DNA of 48,908 nt from a virus (taxonomy: Duplodnaviria > Heunggongvirae > Uroviricota > Caudoviricetes): IMG/VR virus record IMGVR_UViG_2897346870_000004, positions 1-48,908 of that record; one strand, given 5' to 3'. Below the pieces are notes generated by a model. The model was not told the DNA's origin, ran no database searches, and saw only the letters and a list, made by a program, of their open reading frames with translations. Shown here piece by piece: positions 18,342 through 27,966 of this stretch. Each line of letters starts with the position of its first letter. Within the stretch, counting starts at the first letter, position 1. A program made the position numbers and the translations under genes.

Positions 18342-18911
18342 ATGAGAGAACTACCTAAAGATTATTTTTTAGGAGTAGATGATGAGCTCGTCGATTATCT
18401 TGAAAAACAAGGGGAAGAGACGATACGAGAGATTCATCTTTCTAACAAAACCAATGTTGAGAATGGATACAAACTTCTGAACATTCAGATTGTTGGAATT
18501 GGTTCATCTTTTTTATTGCTGACACAGAAAACTAATTTCGATTTTCTCACCGCCGGAATTACCACATTTACATTACTATGGACATGGTGCGCCATTTACT
18601 TGGTATGTACTGGTTTATCTGTGAAGGTTAGGGGCCTGATCAATGCCCCTCCTGATCATCTATATCATGAAAAATATAAGGATATGGAGCCCTCGAGCTT
18701 TAAAATATTCGCTGATGCAGGATATTTAGGACCTGATAAGTTATTGCCGCTTATACGAAGGTATCGCCTTGTTGACTTGAGTGATACAGCAAGAGAGTTA
18801 CTGTTGGAAAATGAGAAAATCCGCACGAGTCTCGATAAAGCAAGGATGTATACCATCCTTGCTCCGGTAGCGGCGATGTTTATCTCGGCTGTTTTTTTAT
18901 ATGTTCAATGA
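18342..18911 (+). CDS. Hypothetical membrane protein (189 aa) inserted between Q and holin
   Basis: Strong GGAGGTGA RBS; three hydrophobic segments (one C-terminal); AT-rich. Confidence 0.5.
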   Translation: MRELPKDYFLGVDDELVDYLEKQGEETIREIHLSNKTNVENGYKLLNIQIVGIGSSFLLLTQKTNFDFLTAGITTFTLLWTWCAIYLVCTGLSVKVRGLINAPPDHLYHEKYKDMEPSSFKIFADAGYLGPDKLLPLIRRYRLVDLSDTARELLLENEKIRTSLDKARMYTILAPVAAMFISAVFLYVQ

Positions 18912-19041
18912 CTGAGTCGGCAGAATCTCCAACAAAAACACGACGTGTAGCAAAGTCTGTAGTACTTTGTATTGGAGTTGGTTTTGGTGCCACGGGTTGC
19001 TGAGGTTTATTTTCACCTTGTGGTTTGTTTTTTTCAGACAT
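18880..19041 (-). CDS. Hypothetical small protein (53 aa), convergent and overlapping the 3' end of the membrane-protein gene
   Basis: AGAGGA RBS before ATG 19041; low-complexity Pro/Gln-rich N-terminus. Confidence 0.3.
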   Translation of the reverse strand: MSEKNKPQGENKPQQPVAPKPTPIQSTTDFATRRVFVGDSADSVIEHIKKQPR

Positions 19042-19258
19042 AAAAATCCTCTTTGTTTGAATTGTTACTTTTGGCGATTTAACGATATCAAACACGAGTA
19101 TATACCGCCAGAAGCTTAATCTGGCACTCCATCTGGCCCCGGCATGTCCCGGGGCTTTTTCGTTGTTAGGCTCCGGAAACATCCTCGACTTCTTGTTAGC
19201 AAGCCTGAGAGCCTGAATCTTACACTTAGCACCATCCGAACTCTCGGAGGTGAGGCTT

Positions 19259-19600
19259 ATGAAAATGCACAATGCCCCTCATTCCTGGCCTGACTTACTG
19301 GAACTCTTACAAAGTTGGTGGCGTGGAGATACGCCGCTGGGTGCAGTGGTTATGTCAATTATTATGGCTGGTTTGCGCATTGCCTATTTTGGCTGTGGCG
19401 GCGGCTGGAAACGAAAAACGCTTGAGATTCTGCTTTGTGGTGCTCTGACGCTGACCTTTGCATCCGCGCTTGAGTATGTCGGATGGCCTAAATCACTTTC
19501 TGTTGCCATTGGTGGTGGGGTGGGGCTGATTGGTGTTGATGCTATTCGTGGTGCGGCAATGAGGGTCATCGGTAACAAGTTCGGTGCCCATAAGGAGTAA
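19259..19600 (+). CDS. Putative class I holin with MKM dual-start motif
   Basis: GGAGGTGAGG RBS; three predicted TM segments; immediately upstream of the endolysin; lambda S-like Met-Lys-Met start. Confidence 0.65.
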   Translation: MKMHNAPHSWPDLLELLQSWWRGDTPLGAVVMSIIMAGLRIAYFGCGGGWKRKTLEILLCGALTLTFASALEYVGWPKSLSVAIGGGVGLIGVDAIRGAAMRVIGNKFGAHKE

Positions 19601-19603
19601 TTA

Positions 19604-20080
19604 ATGCAGACACTTAATTCCCAGCGTAAAGCTTTCCTTGATATGGTGGCATGGTCAGAAGGAACAGATAACGGACGGCAGAAAACCAGAAATCACGGTT
19701 ATGATGTTATTGTCGGTGGCGAACTGTTCACTGATTACTCCGATCACCCCCGCAAACTTGTCACGCTAAATCCGAAACTCAAATCAACAGCCGCTGGACG
19801 TTACCAGCTTCTTTCACGCTGGTGGGATGCCTACCGCAAGCAACTTGGCCTGAAAGATTTTTCTCCAGAAAGTCAGGATGCTGTAGCGCTGCAGCAGATT
19901 AAAGAGCGTGGCGCTTTGCCGATGATTGATCGCGGTGATATCCGTCAGGCTATCGACCGTTGCAGCAATATATGGGCTTCACTGCCGGGCGCTGGTTATG
20001 GTCAGTTCGAGCATAAGGCTGACAGTCTGATTGCAAAATTCAAAGAAGCTGGCGGAACGGTCAGAGAGATTGAGGTATGA
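19604..20080 (+). CDS. R: Endolysin (lambda R-type lytic transglycosylase)
   Basis: [47 protein letters not shown] matches recalled lambda R almost throughout. Confidence 0.9.
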   Translation: MQTLNSQRKAFLDMVAWSEGTDNGRQKTRNHGYDVIVGGELFTDYSDHPRKLVTLNPKLKSTAAGRYQLLSRWWDAYRKQLGLKDFSPESQDAVALQQIKERGALPMIDRGDIRQAIDRCSNIWASLPGAGYGQFEHKADSLIAKFKEAGGTVREIEV

Positions 20081-20541
20081 GCAGAGTAACCGCGATTATC
20101 TCCGCTCTGGTTATCTGCATCGTCGTCTGCCTGTCATGGGCTGTTAATCATTACCGTGATAACGCCATTACCTACAAAGCCCAGCGCGACAAAAATGCCA
20201 GAGAACTGAAGCTGGCGAACGCGGCAATTACTGACATGCAGATGCGTCAGCGTGATGTTGCTGCGCTCGATGCAAAATACACGAAGGAGTTAGCTGATGC
20301 GAAAGCTGAAAATGATGCTCTGCGTGATGATGTTGCCGCTGGTCGTCGTCGGTTGCACATCAAAGCAGTCTGTCAGTCAGTGCGTGAAGCCACCACCGCC
20401 TCCGGCGTGGATAATGCAGCCTCCCCCCGACTGGCAGACACCGCTGAACGGGATTATTTCACCCTCCGGGAACGACTGGTAATGATGCAGGCCCAACTTG
20501 AAGGTGCTCAGCAATACATAACCGAGCAGTGTTTAAAGTAA
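20077..20541 (+). CDS. Rz: i-spanin Rz
   Basis: [55 protein letters not shown] matches recalled lambda Rz. Confidence 0.9.
   Translation: MSRVTAIISALVICIVVCLSWAVNHYRDNAITYKAQRDKNARELKLANAAITDMQMRQRDVAALDAKYTKELADAKAENDALRDDVAAGRRRLHIKAVCQSVREATTASGVDNAASPRLADTAERDYFTLRERLVMMQAQLEGAQQYITEQCLK
20297..20482 (+). CDS. Rz1: o-spanin Rz1 (lipoprotein, embedded in the +1 frame of Rz)
   Basis: Lipobox LVVVGC followed by a Pro-rich segment; entirely inside Rz. Confidence 0.85.
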   Translation: MRKLKMMLCVMMLPLVVVGCTSKQSVSQCVKPPPPPAWIMQPPPDWQTPLNGIISPSGNDW

Positions 20542-20678
20542 AATCTTAACTACAATATGATTCATTTTGATGATTGTTTCATAAGGAACAGTGAAGTAAG
20601 ATCTAAGAGGAGTTAAATTTTATACAGTATAATCATAATATTGCAGCAAGGTGGTTATAATTGAAAGAATATTTAGAT

Positions 20679-22136
20679 ATGAATACATCTCATGTAAGAG
20701 TTGTTACTCATATGTGTGGGTTCTTGGTTTGGCTCTATAGTCTTTCAATGTTGCCACCAATGGTTGTAGCATTGTTTTATAAAGAAAAAAGCCTGTTCGT
20801 TTTCTTTATAACTTTCGTTATATTTTTTTGCATTGGTGGCGGAGCGTGGTATACAACTAAGAAATCTGGCATTCAATTACGTACCCGTGATGGGTTTATT
20901 ATAATTGTAATGTTTTGGATTTTGTTTTCTGTTATTAGTGCATTCCCTTTATGGATTGACTCAGAACTTAATTTAACGTTCATTGATGCTCTGTTTGAAG
21001 GGGTTTCTGGAATAACAACAACAGGAGCAACTGTAATTGATGATGTTAGTTCATTACCTCGGGCATATTTGTACTATCGGTCACAGTTAAATTTTATAGG
21101 TGGTTTAGGAGTTATTGTTCTGGCGGTTGCAGTATTGCCATTATTGGGTATTGGTGGTGCAAAGCTTTATCAGTCAGAAATGCCGGGGCCATTTAAGGAT
21201 GACAAACTCACTCCCCGCCTGGCCGATACGTCACGGACACTGTGGATAACTTATTCTTTATTAGGTATTGCTTGTATTGTCTGTTATAGACTTGCAGGAA
21301 TGCCTTTGTTTGATGCTATTTGTCACGGGATTTCCACAGTTTCGCTTGGTGGTTTCTCAACTCATAGCGAGAGTATCGGATATTTTAATAACTATTTGGT
21401 TGAGCTGGTGGCTGGTTCTTTTTCCCTGCTATCGGCTTTCAACTTCACTCTTTGGTATATTGTTATTAGCAGAAAAACGATAAAACCTTTAATCAGAGAT
21501 ATTGAACTTCGTTTCTTTCTGTTAATAGCCTTAGGGGTGATCATTGTTACCTCTTTCCAGGTCTGGCATATAGGTATGTATGACTTGCATGGAAGTTTTA
21601 TTCATTCGTTTTTTCTTGCCAGCTCCATGCTCACTGATAATGGTTTAGCTACGCAGGATTATGCAAACTGGCCCACGCACACGATAGTGTTTTTGCTGTT
21701 GTCAAGTTTCTTTGGGGGATGTATAGGTTCAACCTGTGGTGGAATTAAGTCACTTCGATTTCTTATACTTTTCAAACAAAGCAAACACGAGATAAATCAG
21801 CTTTCTCATCCCAGAGCGTTGTTGAGTGTAAATGTAGGAGGGAAGATAGTTACAGATCGTGTAATGAGGTCTGTATGGAGTTTCTTTTTTCTTTATACTC
21901 TCTTCACGGTGTTTTTTATACTGGTGTTAAATGGTATGGGATATGATTTTCTTACATCATTTGCAACAGTGGCTGCATGTATTAATAATATGGGATTAGG
22001 TTTTGGGGCTACTGCATCGTCATTCGGAGTGCTTAATGACATTGCAAAATATTTAATGTGCATAGCTATGATTCTTGGTCGCCTTGAAATTTATCCTGTT
22101 ATTATATTGTTTTCAGGTTTTTTTTGGCGCTCCTAA
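20679..22136 (+). CDS. trkG: Potassium uptake protein TrkG
   Basis: MNTSHVRVVTHMCGFLVWLYSLSMLPPMVVALFYKEKSLF matches recalled Rac TrkG; polytopic membrane protein; AT-rich. Confidence 0.9.
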   Translation: MNTSHVRVVTHMCGFLVWLYSLSMLPPMVVALFYKEKSLFVFFITFVIFFCIGGGAWYTTKKSGIQLRTRDGFIIIVMFWILFSVISAFPLWIDSELNLTFIDALFEGVSGITTTGATVIDDVSSLPRAYLYYRSQLNFIGGLGVIVLAVAVLPLLGIGGAKLYQSEMPGPFKDDKLTPRLADTSRTLWITYSLLGIACIVCYRLAGMPLFDAICHGISTVSLGGFSTHSESIGYFNNYLVELVAGSFSLLSAFNFTLWYIVISRKTIKPLIRDIELRFFLLIALGVIIVTSFQVWHIGMYDLHGSFIHSFFLASSMLTDNGLATQDYANWPTHTIVFLLLSSFFGGCIGSTCGGIKSLRFLILFKQSKHEINQLSHPRALLSVNVGGKIVTDRVMRSVWSFFFLYTLFTVFFILVLNGMGYDFLTSFATVAACINNMGLGFGATASSFGVLNDIAKYLMCIAMILGRLEIYPVIILFSGFFWRS

Positions 22137-22273
22137 TATATGGCTGATTTATAATTGTGAGTTTAATATTATGTTGACTCACTCATTGATCCAATACCTA
22201 ACTTTACCAGCAACACCTCCGCCCCCAGTAGCACTGGCTGCTGGGGTGCGTTTTATTCATAAAGCAAGGCTGT

Positions 22274-23065
22274 ATGAGCGAGAAATTAAAGATAGTCTAT
22301 CGCCCATTACAAGAATTGTCACCGTATGCGCACAACGCCAGGACGCACAGCCCTGAGCAGGTGGCACAACTGGTAGAAAGTATTAAGCAATTCGGCTGGA
22401 CTAATCCGGTGCTGATTGACGAAAAGGGCGAAATTATTGCGGGTCACGGTCGTGTTATGGCGGCTGAAATGCTCAAAATGGATTCTGTTCCGGTCATTGT
22501 TCTGTCTGGCCTGACGGATGAGCAGAAAAAGGCGTACCGCCTGGCAGATAATCGCCTGCCGATGAATGCTGGCTGGGATGAAGATCTGTTGCGGATGGAG
22601 CTGTCGGACCTAATCAATGCTGATTTTGATGTCTCCCTGACAGGCTTCATCCCGACAGAAATTGATGAACTGTTGACGGATGTTTTGCCCGGTACAGGAA
22701 ATGAGGAGGAGCCGTATACGACGAAAATTGATACGCCTGTTTATGAGCCGTCGGGCGGTAAACCGGATATCAGTGAACTGTACGACGATACGAAAACTCA
22801 GGAGCTGATCAGCCGGATACGTTCGGCGTCCCTTGAGCCTGATATTGAGAAATTCCTCCTGTGTGCGGCAGAACGTCACACGGTGTTTAATTTCAGCAGA
22901 ATTGCGGACTATTACGCTCACGCCCCCGCTGAAATTCAGTGTTTTTTCGAGGAGTCGGCGCTGGTGATCATTGATTATCAGCAGGCTATTGAAAATGGAT
23001 TTGTCCGGATGACGCAGCGCATGGTGGAGATCATGCATGGTGGTGAGGAGGAGGAATATGCGTGA
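22274..23065 (+). CDS. ParB-like nuclease-domain protein
   Basis: N-terminal ParB/Srx-like block LIDEKGEIIAGHGRVMAAEML ... KKAYRLADNRL; C-terminal about 160 aa unassigned. Confidence 0.7.
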   Translation: MSEKLKIVYRPLQELSPYAHNARTHSPEQVAQLVESIKQFGWTNPVLIDEKGEIIAGHGRVMAAEMLKMDSVPVIVLSGLTDEQKKAYRLADNRLPMNAGWDEDLLRMELSDLINADFDVSLTGFIPTEIDELLTDVLPGTGNEEEPYTTKIDTPVYEPSGGKPDISELYDDTKTQELISRIRSASLEPDIEKFLLCAAERHTVFNFSRIADYYAHAPAEIQCFFEESALVIIDYQQAIENGFVRMTQRMVEIMHGGEEEEYA

Positions 23066-23990
23066 TGATTTTTGCGCCTTTATTCTGACTCACGGGCGAC
23101 CAGACAAAGTTCTGACTTACCGGACGTTGCGTCGTGCTGGCTATACCGGGAAAATTTTTATCGTTGTTGATGATGAAGATAAGACACGGCATCAGTACAT
23201 GGCTGAATTTGGTGAACAGGTGCTGGTGTTTTCCAAAGCCGATATCGCCAGTCGTTTTGACGAAGCCGATAATTTCTGTGACCGCCGCTCAATTTTTTAC
23301 GCCCGTAATGCCTGTTTTGACCTGGCAAAACTGGTCGGGTGTAAATACTTCATTCAGCTCGATGATGATTATCACGAGTTCCAGTTTCGGGTGGATCGCA
23401 ACTATGACCAGGCCTATTTTCCGATAAGGAAACTGGATGCGATCCTTTCTGAAATGCTGGCGTACTACGAATCAATACCTGCTCTTTCCATCGCTATGTC
23501 GCAGGGCGGGGATTTTCTTGGTGACAATGGCGGCCATGCTTCGTGGGTGAAACGCAAGGCAATGAACAGCTTTATCTGTTCGGTTGATCGACCGTTCTCA
23601 TTCATGGGGCGCATTAACGAGGATGTGAATACGTACACGAATCTCGGTCGCTGTGGTGAATTGTTTATGACGATCGGTGCTGTCCAGTTAGGGCAGAAAC
23701 AGACGCAGAAAAACAGCGGCGGAATGACCGAGCTGTATCTGGATTCCGGAACCTACGTTAAAAGTTTTTACTCCGTCATGTATGCGCCGTCGTGCGTAAA
23801 AATTTCACTGATGGGTGCCAGCCATAAACGCATTCACCATCAGGTCACCTGGAACAACGCTGCAGTAAAAATCCTTCACGAAAAATACAGGAAGAAGACA
23901 CCCTGCATATCAATGGGGGTGACAAATGATTCCGTATTCGAAAGTCGAGTCTCTGGCAGCGTGCCGGATGACTGCACAACAAATCGCTGA
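23058..23990 (+). CDS. Hypothetical protein (about 310 aa), coupled to the ParB-like gene
   Basis: GAGGAGGAG RBS; start overlaps the upstream stop by 8 nt; acidic IVVDDEDK and QLDDDYHEF segments; function unknown. Confidence 0.5.
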   Translation: MRDDFCAFILTHGRPDKVLTYRTLRRAGYTGKIFIVVDDEDKTRHQYMAEFGEQVLVFSKADIASRFDEADNFCDRRSIFYARNACFDLAKLVGCKYFIQLDDDYHEFQFRVDRNYDQAYFPIRKLDAILSEMLAYYESIPALSIAMSQGGDFLGDNGGHASWVKRKAMNSFICSVDRPFSFMGRINEDVNTYTNLGRCGELFMTIGAVQLGQKQTQKNSGGMTELYLDSGTYVKSFYSVMYAPSCVKISLMGASHKRIHHQVTWNNAAVKILHEKYRKKTPCISMGVTNDSVFESRVSGSVPDDCTTNR

Positions 23991-24177
23991 CGTTCTGGAT
24001 GTTGATCTGAACCGACTGAAAGAAAATCGGGAAGCAATGACAGATTTTTATGCGGCCATCCGTAAGGGCAGAGCGAAAGGTGAAGCCGAGTTACGAGCGG
24101 CATTGTTTAAGCTTGCCAGAAAAGGGGATGCCTTTGCTCTGCGCGAACTACTCAGGGTGGATAAAAATCAGGACTAA
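23926..24177 (+). CDS. Small putative DNA-binding protein upstream of terminase
   Basis: GGGGGTGA RBS; MTAQQIADVLDVDLNRLKENREAM HTH-like segment; overlaps the preceding gene by 65 nt, start uncertain. Confidence 0.4.
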   Translation: MIPYSKVESLAACRMTAQQIADVLDVDLNRLKENREAMTDFYAAIRKGRAKGEAELRAALFKLARKGDAFALRELLRVDKNQD

Positions 24178-24180
24178 CTG

Positions 24181-25275
24181 ATGAGCAGACCGGACTGGGG
24201 GGCGTTGCAGCAGGAGTATATTGCTGAATACACCCGCTCCGGTATATCTCCGGTGGCATGGTGTGAAGCAAGGGGACTGAATTACGCAACAGCCCGTCGT
24301 TACATCAAAAAAACTCCGAAAAATGCGCAGACAGAAATGCGCAAAACTGCGCAAAAAAGTGCGCAGAAAAAATCTGCGCAGACTGCACAAAAGCGGAACG
24401 AAAAATCTCAGGAAAAAAAGCCAGTATTCGATGCGGGCCTGAATGAGGGCGACGCGGAGGAATTTTCGTTCTGTCCCGATGAATTCGGCATTTCTGACCA
24501 GCAGGCTAAGTTTGCGATGCTTGTTGCTCAGGGTAAAAAGCCGACAGAGGCGTACCGACTAGCCGGTTATGAGGGGCAAGGTGCGACAGCTAACAGCAAC
24601 GCCAGTCGTATGCTTAGAAATGCCAGGGTTTTTCGCGCTATCAGCTACTTCCGCAATCAGTACCAGAAACGCTATACCGCAGACCTGGATTTACTAGTGA
24701 GTCAGTTGATGGCCATTGTCCTGGCCGACCCCAATCAGCTTGCACAATTTCGCCGTGTTAACTGCCGTTATTGCTGGGGCGAGAATCATCTCTACCAGTG
24801 GCGCGATATAGCAGAATTCGACAAGGCAGCGGCGCAGGCTTCCAGAGATGGCAAACCCGAACCGGAATATGGAGGCCTCGGCTTTGTTGATAACGCCATA
24901 CCCAATCCGGACTGCCCGAAGTGCTGCGGTGAGGGAACGGGACAGCTTTATATGGCTGATACCACTCTGCTTGATGGGGATGCGCGGCAATTATATGCAG
25001 GGGCAAAATTCGGAAAATTCGGCGTTGAGATCCTGCTGGAGGATAAGGCTGCCGCCCGGCGTGAATTGTTGCGTTTGCTTTCTGCTGGCGGGGCTTTATG
25101 TGCAGATAAGCGGCTACAGGAACTGGAAATTGAACGGCGCAGAATGGAAAACCAGAAGCTGCGCAAAGAGATCGAAACGGTGGAAGATAATGAACATCCC
25201 CAGCCTGTGGCGATCAATATTAATGTGGTTGATGCCAGAGTAAGGAGTGATGAAGATGATCTCTCCGACGCTTAA
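24181..25275 (+). CDS. Terminase small subunit
   Basis: FGISDQQAKFAMLVAQGKKPTEAYRLAGYEG motif as I recall it from small terminases; precedes the large subunit. Confidence 0.65.
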   Translation: MSRPDWGALQQEYIAEYTRSGISPVAWCEARGLNYATARRYIKKTPKNAQTEMRKTAQKSAQKKSAQTAQKRNEKSQEKKPVFDAGLNEGDAEEFSFCPDEFGISDQQAKFAMLVAQGKKPTEAYRLAGYEGQGATANSNASRMLRNARVFRAISYFRNQYQKRYTADLDLLVSQLMAIVLADPNQLAQFRRVNCRYCWGENHLYQWRDIAEFDKAAAQASRDGKPEPEYGGLGFVDNAIPNPDCPKCCGEGTGQLYMADTTLLDGDARQLYAGAKFGKFGVEILLEDKAAARRELLRLLSAGGALCADKRLQELEIERRRMENQKLRKEIETVEDNEHPQPVAININVVDARVRSDEDDLSDA

Positions 25276-26557
25276 TGTGCCTCAGGCGCGATTTCTTTCA
25301 ATGCCCCATAAATTTAAAGCCTATATTGCTGGTTTTGGCTCGGGCAAAACATGGGTTGGGTGTGGCGGCATATGCAAGGGGATTTGGGAGCATCCAGGTA
25401 TAAATCAGGGATATTTTGCGCCAACGTATCCCCAAATTCGCGATATTTTTTACCCTACAGTGGAAGAAGTTGCTGCTGACTGGGGATTGAACGTAAAAAT
25501 TAATGAGGGAAATAAAGAGGTTCACTTTTATTACGGACGCCAGTATCGGGGAACCACTATCTGCAGATCGATGGAGAAGCCACAAACGATCGTCGGTTTC
25601 AAAATTGGTAATGCGTTGGTGGATGAACTGGACATTTTGCCGAAGGAAAAAGCCAGAACGGCGTGGCGCAAGATAATTGCACGTATGCGTTATAAGATTG
25701 ATGGACTTCGCAACGGTATTGACGTTACAACCACGCCGGAAGGATTCAAATTTGTCTACGAGCAGTTTGTTAAAGCCGTGCGTGAAAAAACAGAGCTGGC
25801 CTCACTGTATGGTCTGGTGCAGGCATCTACTTTCGATAATGAAAAGAACCTGCCAGCAGATTACATTCCTTCGCTTCTTGAATCATACCCTCCAGAGCTG
25901 ATTAAAGCCTATCTGCGAGGACAGTTTACTAACCTGACAAGTGGTACTGTTTACCATCAGTTTGACCGGAAACTGAATAATTGCGAAGAAGTGGAGCAGC
26001 CAGGGGAGCCGATTTATATTGGGATGGATTTTAACGTTGGAAAGATGGCGGGAATCGTCCATGTGCTGCGTTTGGGGCTTCCATGTGCGGTAACTGAAAT
26101 CATCAATGCCTACGATACGCCGGATATGATCCGCATCATTAAAGAACGCTTCTGGCTGTATGATGGGAATGATTACCGGAAAGTGAGGGAAATTTATATT
26201 TATCCAGATGCTTCCGGGGATTCCAGAAAATCAAGTAACGCAAGTACGACGGATATAGCCCAGCTTAAGCAGGCTGGTTTTAACGTTGTGGTGAACAGCT
26301 CGAACCCGCCAGTAAAAGATCGCGTTAACTCAATGAATGCAATGTTCTGCAATGCCAATGGTGAGCGTCGCTATAAAGTTAATGTGAAGCGTTGCCCGTT
26401 ATATGCCGAATCTCTGGAGCAACAGGTCTGGGATGAGAAGGGGGAGCCTGATAAAAAATCTGGCAATGATCACCCGAATGATGCCGGAGGTTATTTCATC
26501 GTTAAGCAATTCCCTATTGTCAAACCGACCGGAAGAGTCACATCACTTCGGATTTAA
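25247..26557 (+). CDS. Terminase large subunit
   Basis: Walker A AGFGSGKT near the N-terminus; C-terminal nuclease-like region; followed by portal. Confidence 0.85.
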   Translation: MMKMISPTLNVPQARFLSMPHKFKAYIAGFGSGKTWVGCGGICKGIWEHPGINQGYFAPTYPQIRDIFYPTVEEVAADWGLNVKINEGNKEVHFYYGRQYRGTTICRSMEKPQTIVGFKIGNALVDELDILPKEKARTAWRKIIARMRYKIDGLRNGIDVTTTPEGFKFVYEQFVKAVREKTELASLYGLVQASTFDNEKNLPADYIPSLLESYPPELIKAYLRGQFTNLTSGTVYHQFDRKLNNCEEVEQPGEPIYIGMDFNVGKMAGIVHVLRLGLPCAVTEIINAYDTPDMIRIIKERFWLYDGNDYRKVREIYIYPDASGDSRKSSNASTTDIAQLKQAGFNVVVNSSNPPVKDRVNSMNAMFCNANGERRYKVNVKRCPLYAESLEQQVWDEKGEPDKKSGNDHPNDAGGYFIVKQFPIVKPTGRVTSLRI

Positions 26558-26559
26558 TT

Positions 26560-27966
26560 ATGGCTGATATATCAACACCCAACCTCGACTATAACGATAT
26601 GCTGGAGGCGTGGGATATTAACGACGCACTGATGGGCGGTACGCTTGAAATGCGCAGGCAGGGGGAAAATTATCTCCCAAAATGGCCTAACGAAGATGAA
26701 GACGCTTATAAAAAACGCCTGTCTGTGGCTACGCTACTTCCTGTGTATGAAGAAAGCATCAAGCAAAATATTGGGCGCATATTTGCAGAGCCGACAGTAT
26801 TGAGTGAGGAAACGCCGGCAAAAATCAGGGAATATGCAGAAAATATCGACATGGAGGGGAGCCGACTGGATGTGTGGGCGCAGCAATTTTTCAGCCTCGC
26901 ATTTCAGTATGGTGTGGCACATGCGCTGGTGGACTATCCACGAACGGATATGAAAGAGATTCGGACAAAAGCCGATGAAAACGCGACCGGTGGTCGTCCG
27001 TACGTTACGATGCTGAATCCACGCCAGGTTATTGGATGGAAATCGAAAGTTGAAAAAGGGAAAGTTGTTCTCACTGATTTGCGTATAAAAGAGGTCATCA
27101 TTATTGATGGTGATGATTTCGGGCAGAAGAAGGTGGAGCAGATCCGCCATATTATGCCCCGTCGAGTTGAAATTTATCGACGTAGCGAAGGCACTAATGG
27201 CGAATCTGTCTGGACGCTTCATGAGTCATGGAATACCAGCCGTGATGATATTCCTCTGGTAACACTGTACACGAAGAAAACAGGATTTATGCGTGGTACA
27301 CCGCCATTGCTTAATCTTGGCTTGCTGAATATCAAGCACTGGCAAAGCCAGAGCGAGCAGGACAATATTCTTCATGTTGCCCGCGTTCCATTGCTGGTGG
27401 CCTACGGGCTGGACAGGAATGAAGAACTGACGGTTGGTGCATCCACCGCTACGATTTTTGAGGACAGAACAAAAAATGGCCTCGAATATGTTGAACATAG
27501 TGGCGCAGCGATAGAATCTGGCGAAACATCACTTGAGAAGCTGGAAAATCAGATGCGTCATGCCGGCGCTAAACTTCTGCGTGCTGAAAATACATCCACC
27601 AAATCTGTTGATCAGACTAATGAAGAGCGAATGCAGGAAAACTCGCCGCTTTATACAATGGCGAACTCCCTCGAAGATGCTCTCGATAATATTCTCCAGA
27701 TAATGGCGGAATGGATCGGAGAGAGTTGCGGTGGCAATGTGGATGTGCGCACTGAACTGGATGTATCTGCCCAGGTGTTTGACTCATCCTCCGCGCTGGC
27801 TGTTCAGTCATTGCGTCAGGGCGGTGATATACGTCAGATTGATGCGGTTCGGGTGTTGCAGGCGTTGAAATTTATCGATCAGGATTCCCGTCCAGAGGAA
27901 GTGATCGATGAATTAAAAAATCAGAGTGTAATGCTGATGGAAATCAATGATGCAAACCGTGAATGA
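26560..27966 (+). CDS. Portal protein
   Basis: 468-aa ORF immediately after the terminase large subunit. Confidence 0.7.
   Translation: MADISTPNLDYNDMLEAWDINDALMGGTLEMRRQGENYLPKWPNEDEDAYKKRLSVATLLPVYEESIKQNIGRIFAEPTVLSEETPAKIREYAENIDMEGSRLDVWAQQFFSLAFQYGVAHALVDYPRTDMKEIRTKADENATGGRPYVTMLNPRQVIGWKSKVEKGKVVLTDLRIKEVIIIDGDDFGQKKVEQIRHIMPRRVEIYRRSEGTNGESVWTLHESWNTSRDDIPLVTLYTKKTGFMRGTPPLLNLGLLNIKHWQSQSEQDNILHVARVPLLVAYGLDRNEELTVGASTATIFEDRTKNGLEYVEHSGAAIESGETSLEKLENQMRHAGAKLLRAENTSTKSVDQTNEERMQENSPLYTMANSLEDALDNILQIMAEWIGESCGGNVDVRTELDVSAQVFDSSSALAVQSLRQGGDIRQIDAVRVLQALKFIDQDSRPEEVIDELKNQSVMLMEINDANRE

Noticed and set aside
22075-22356. 93-aa ORF spanning the trkG stop and the ParB-like start
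   Set aside because: Overlaps the ends of two well-supported genes in another frame; no RBS.
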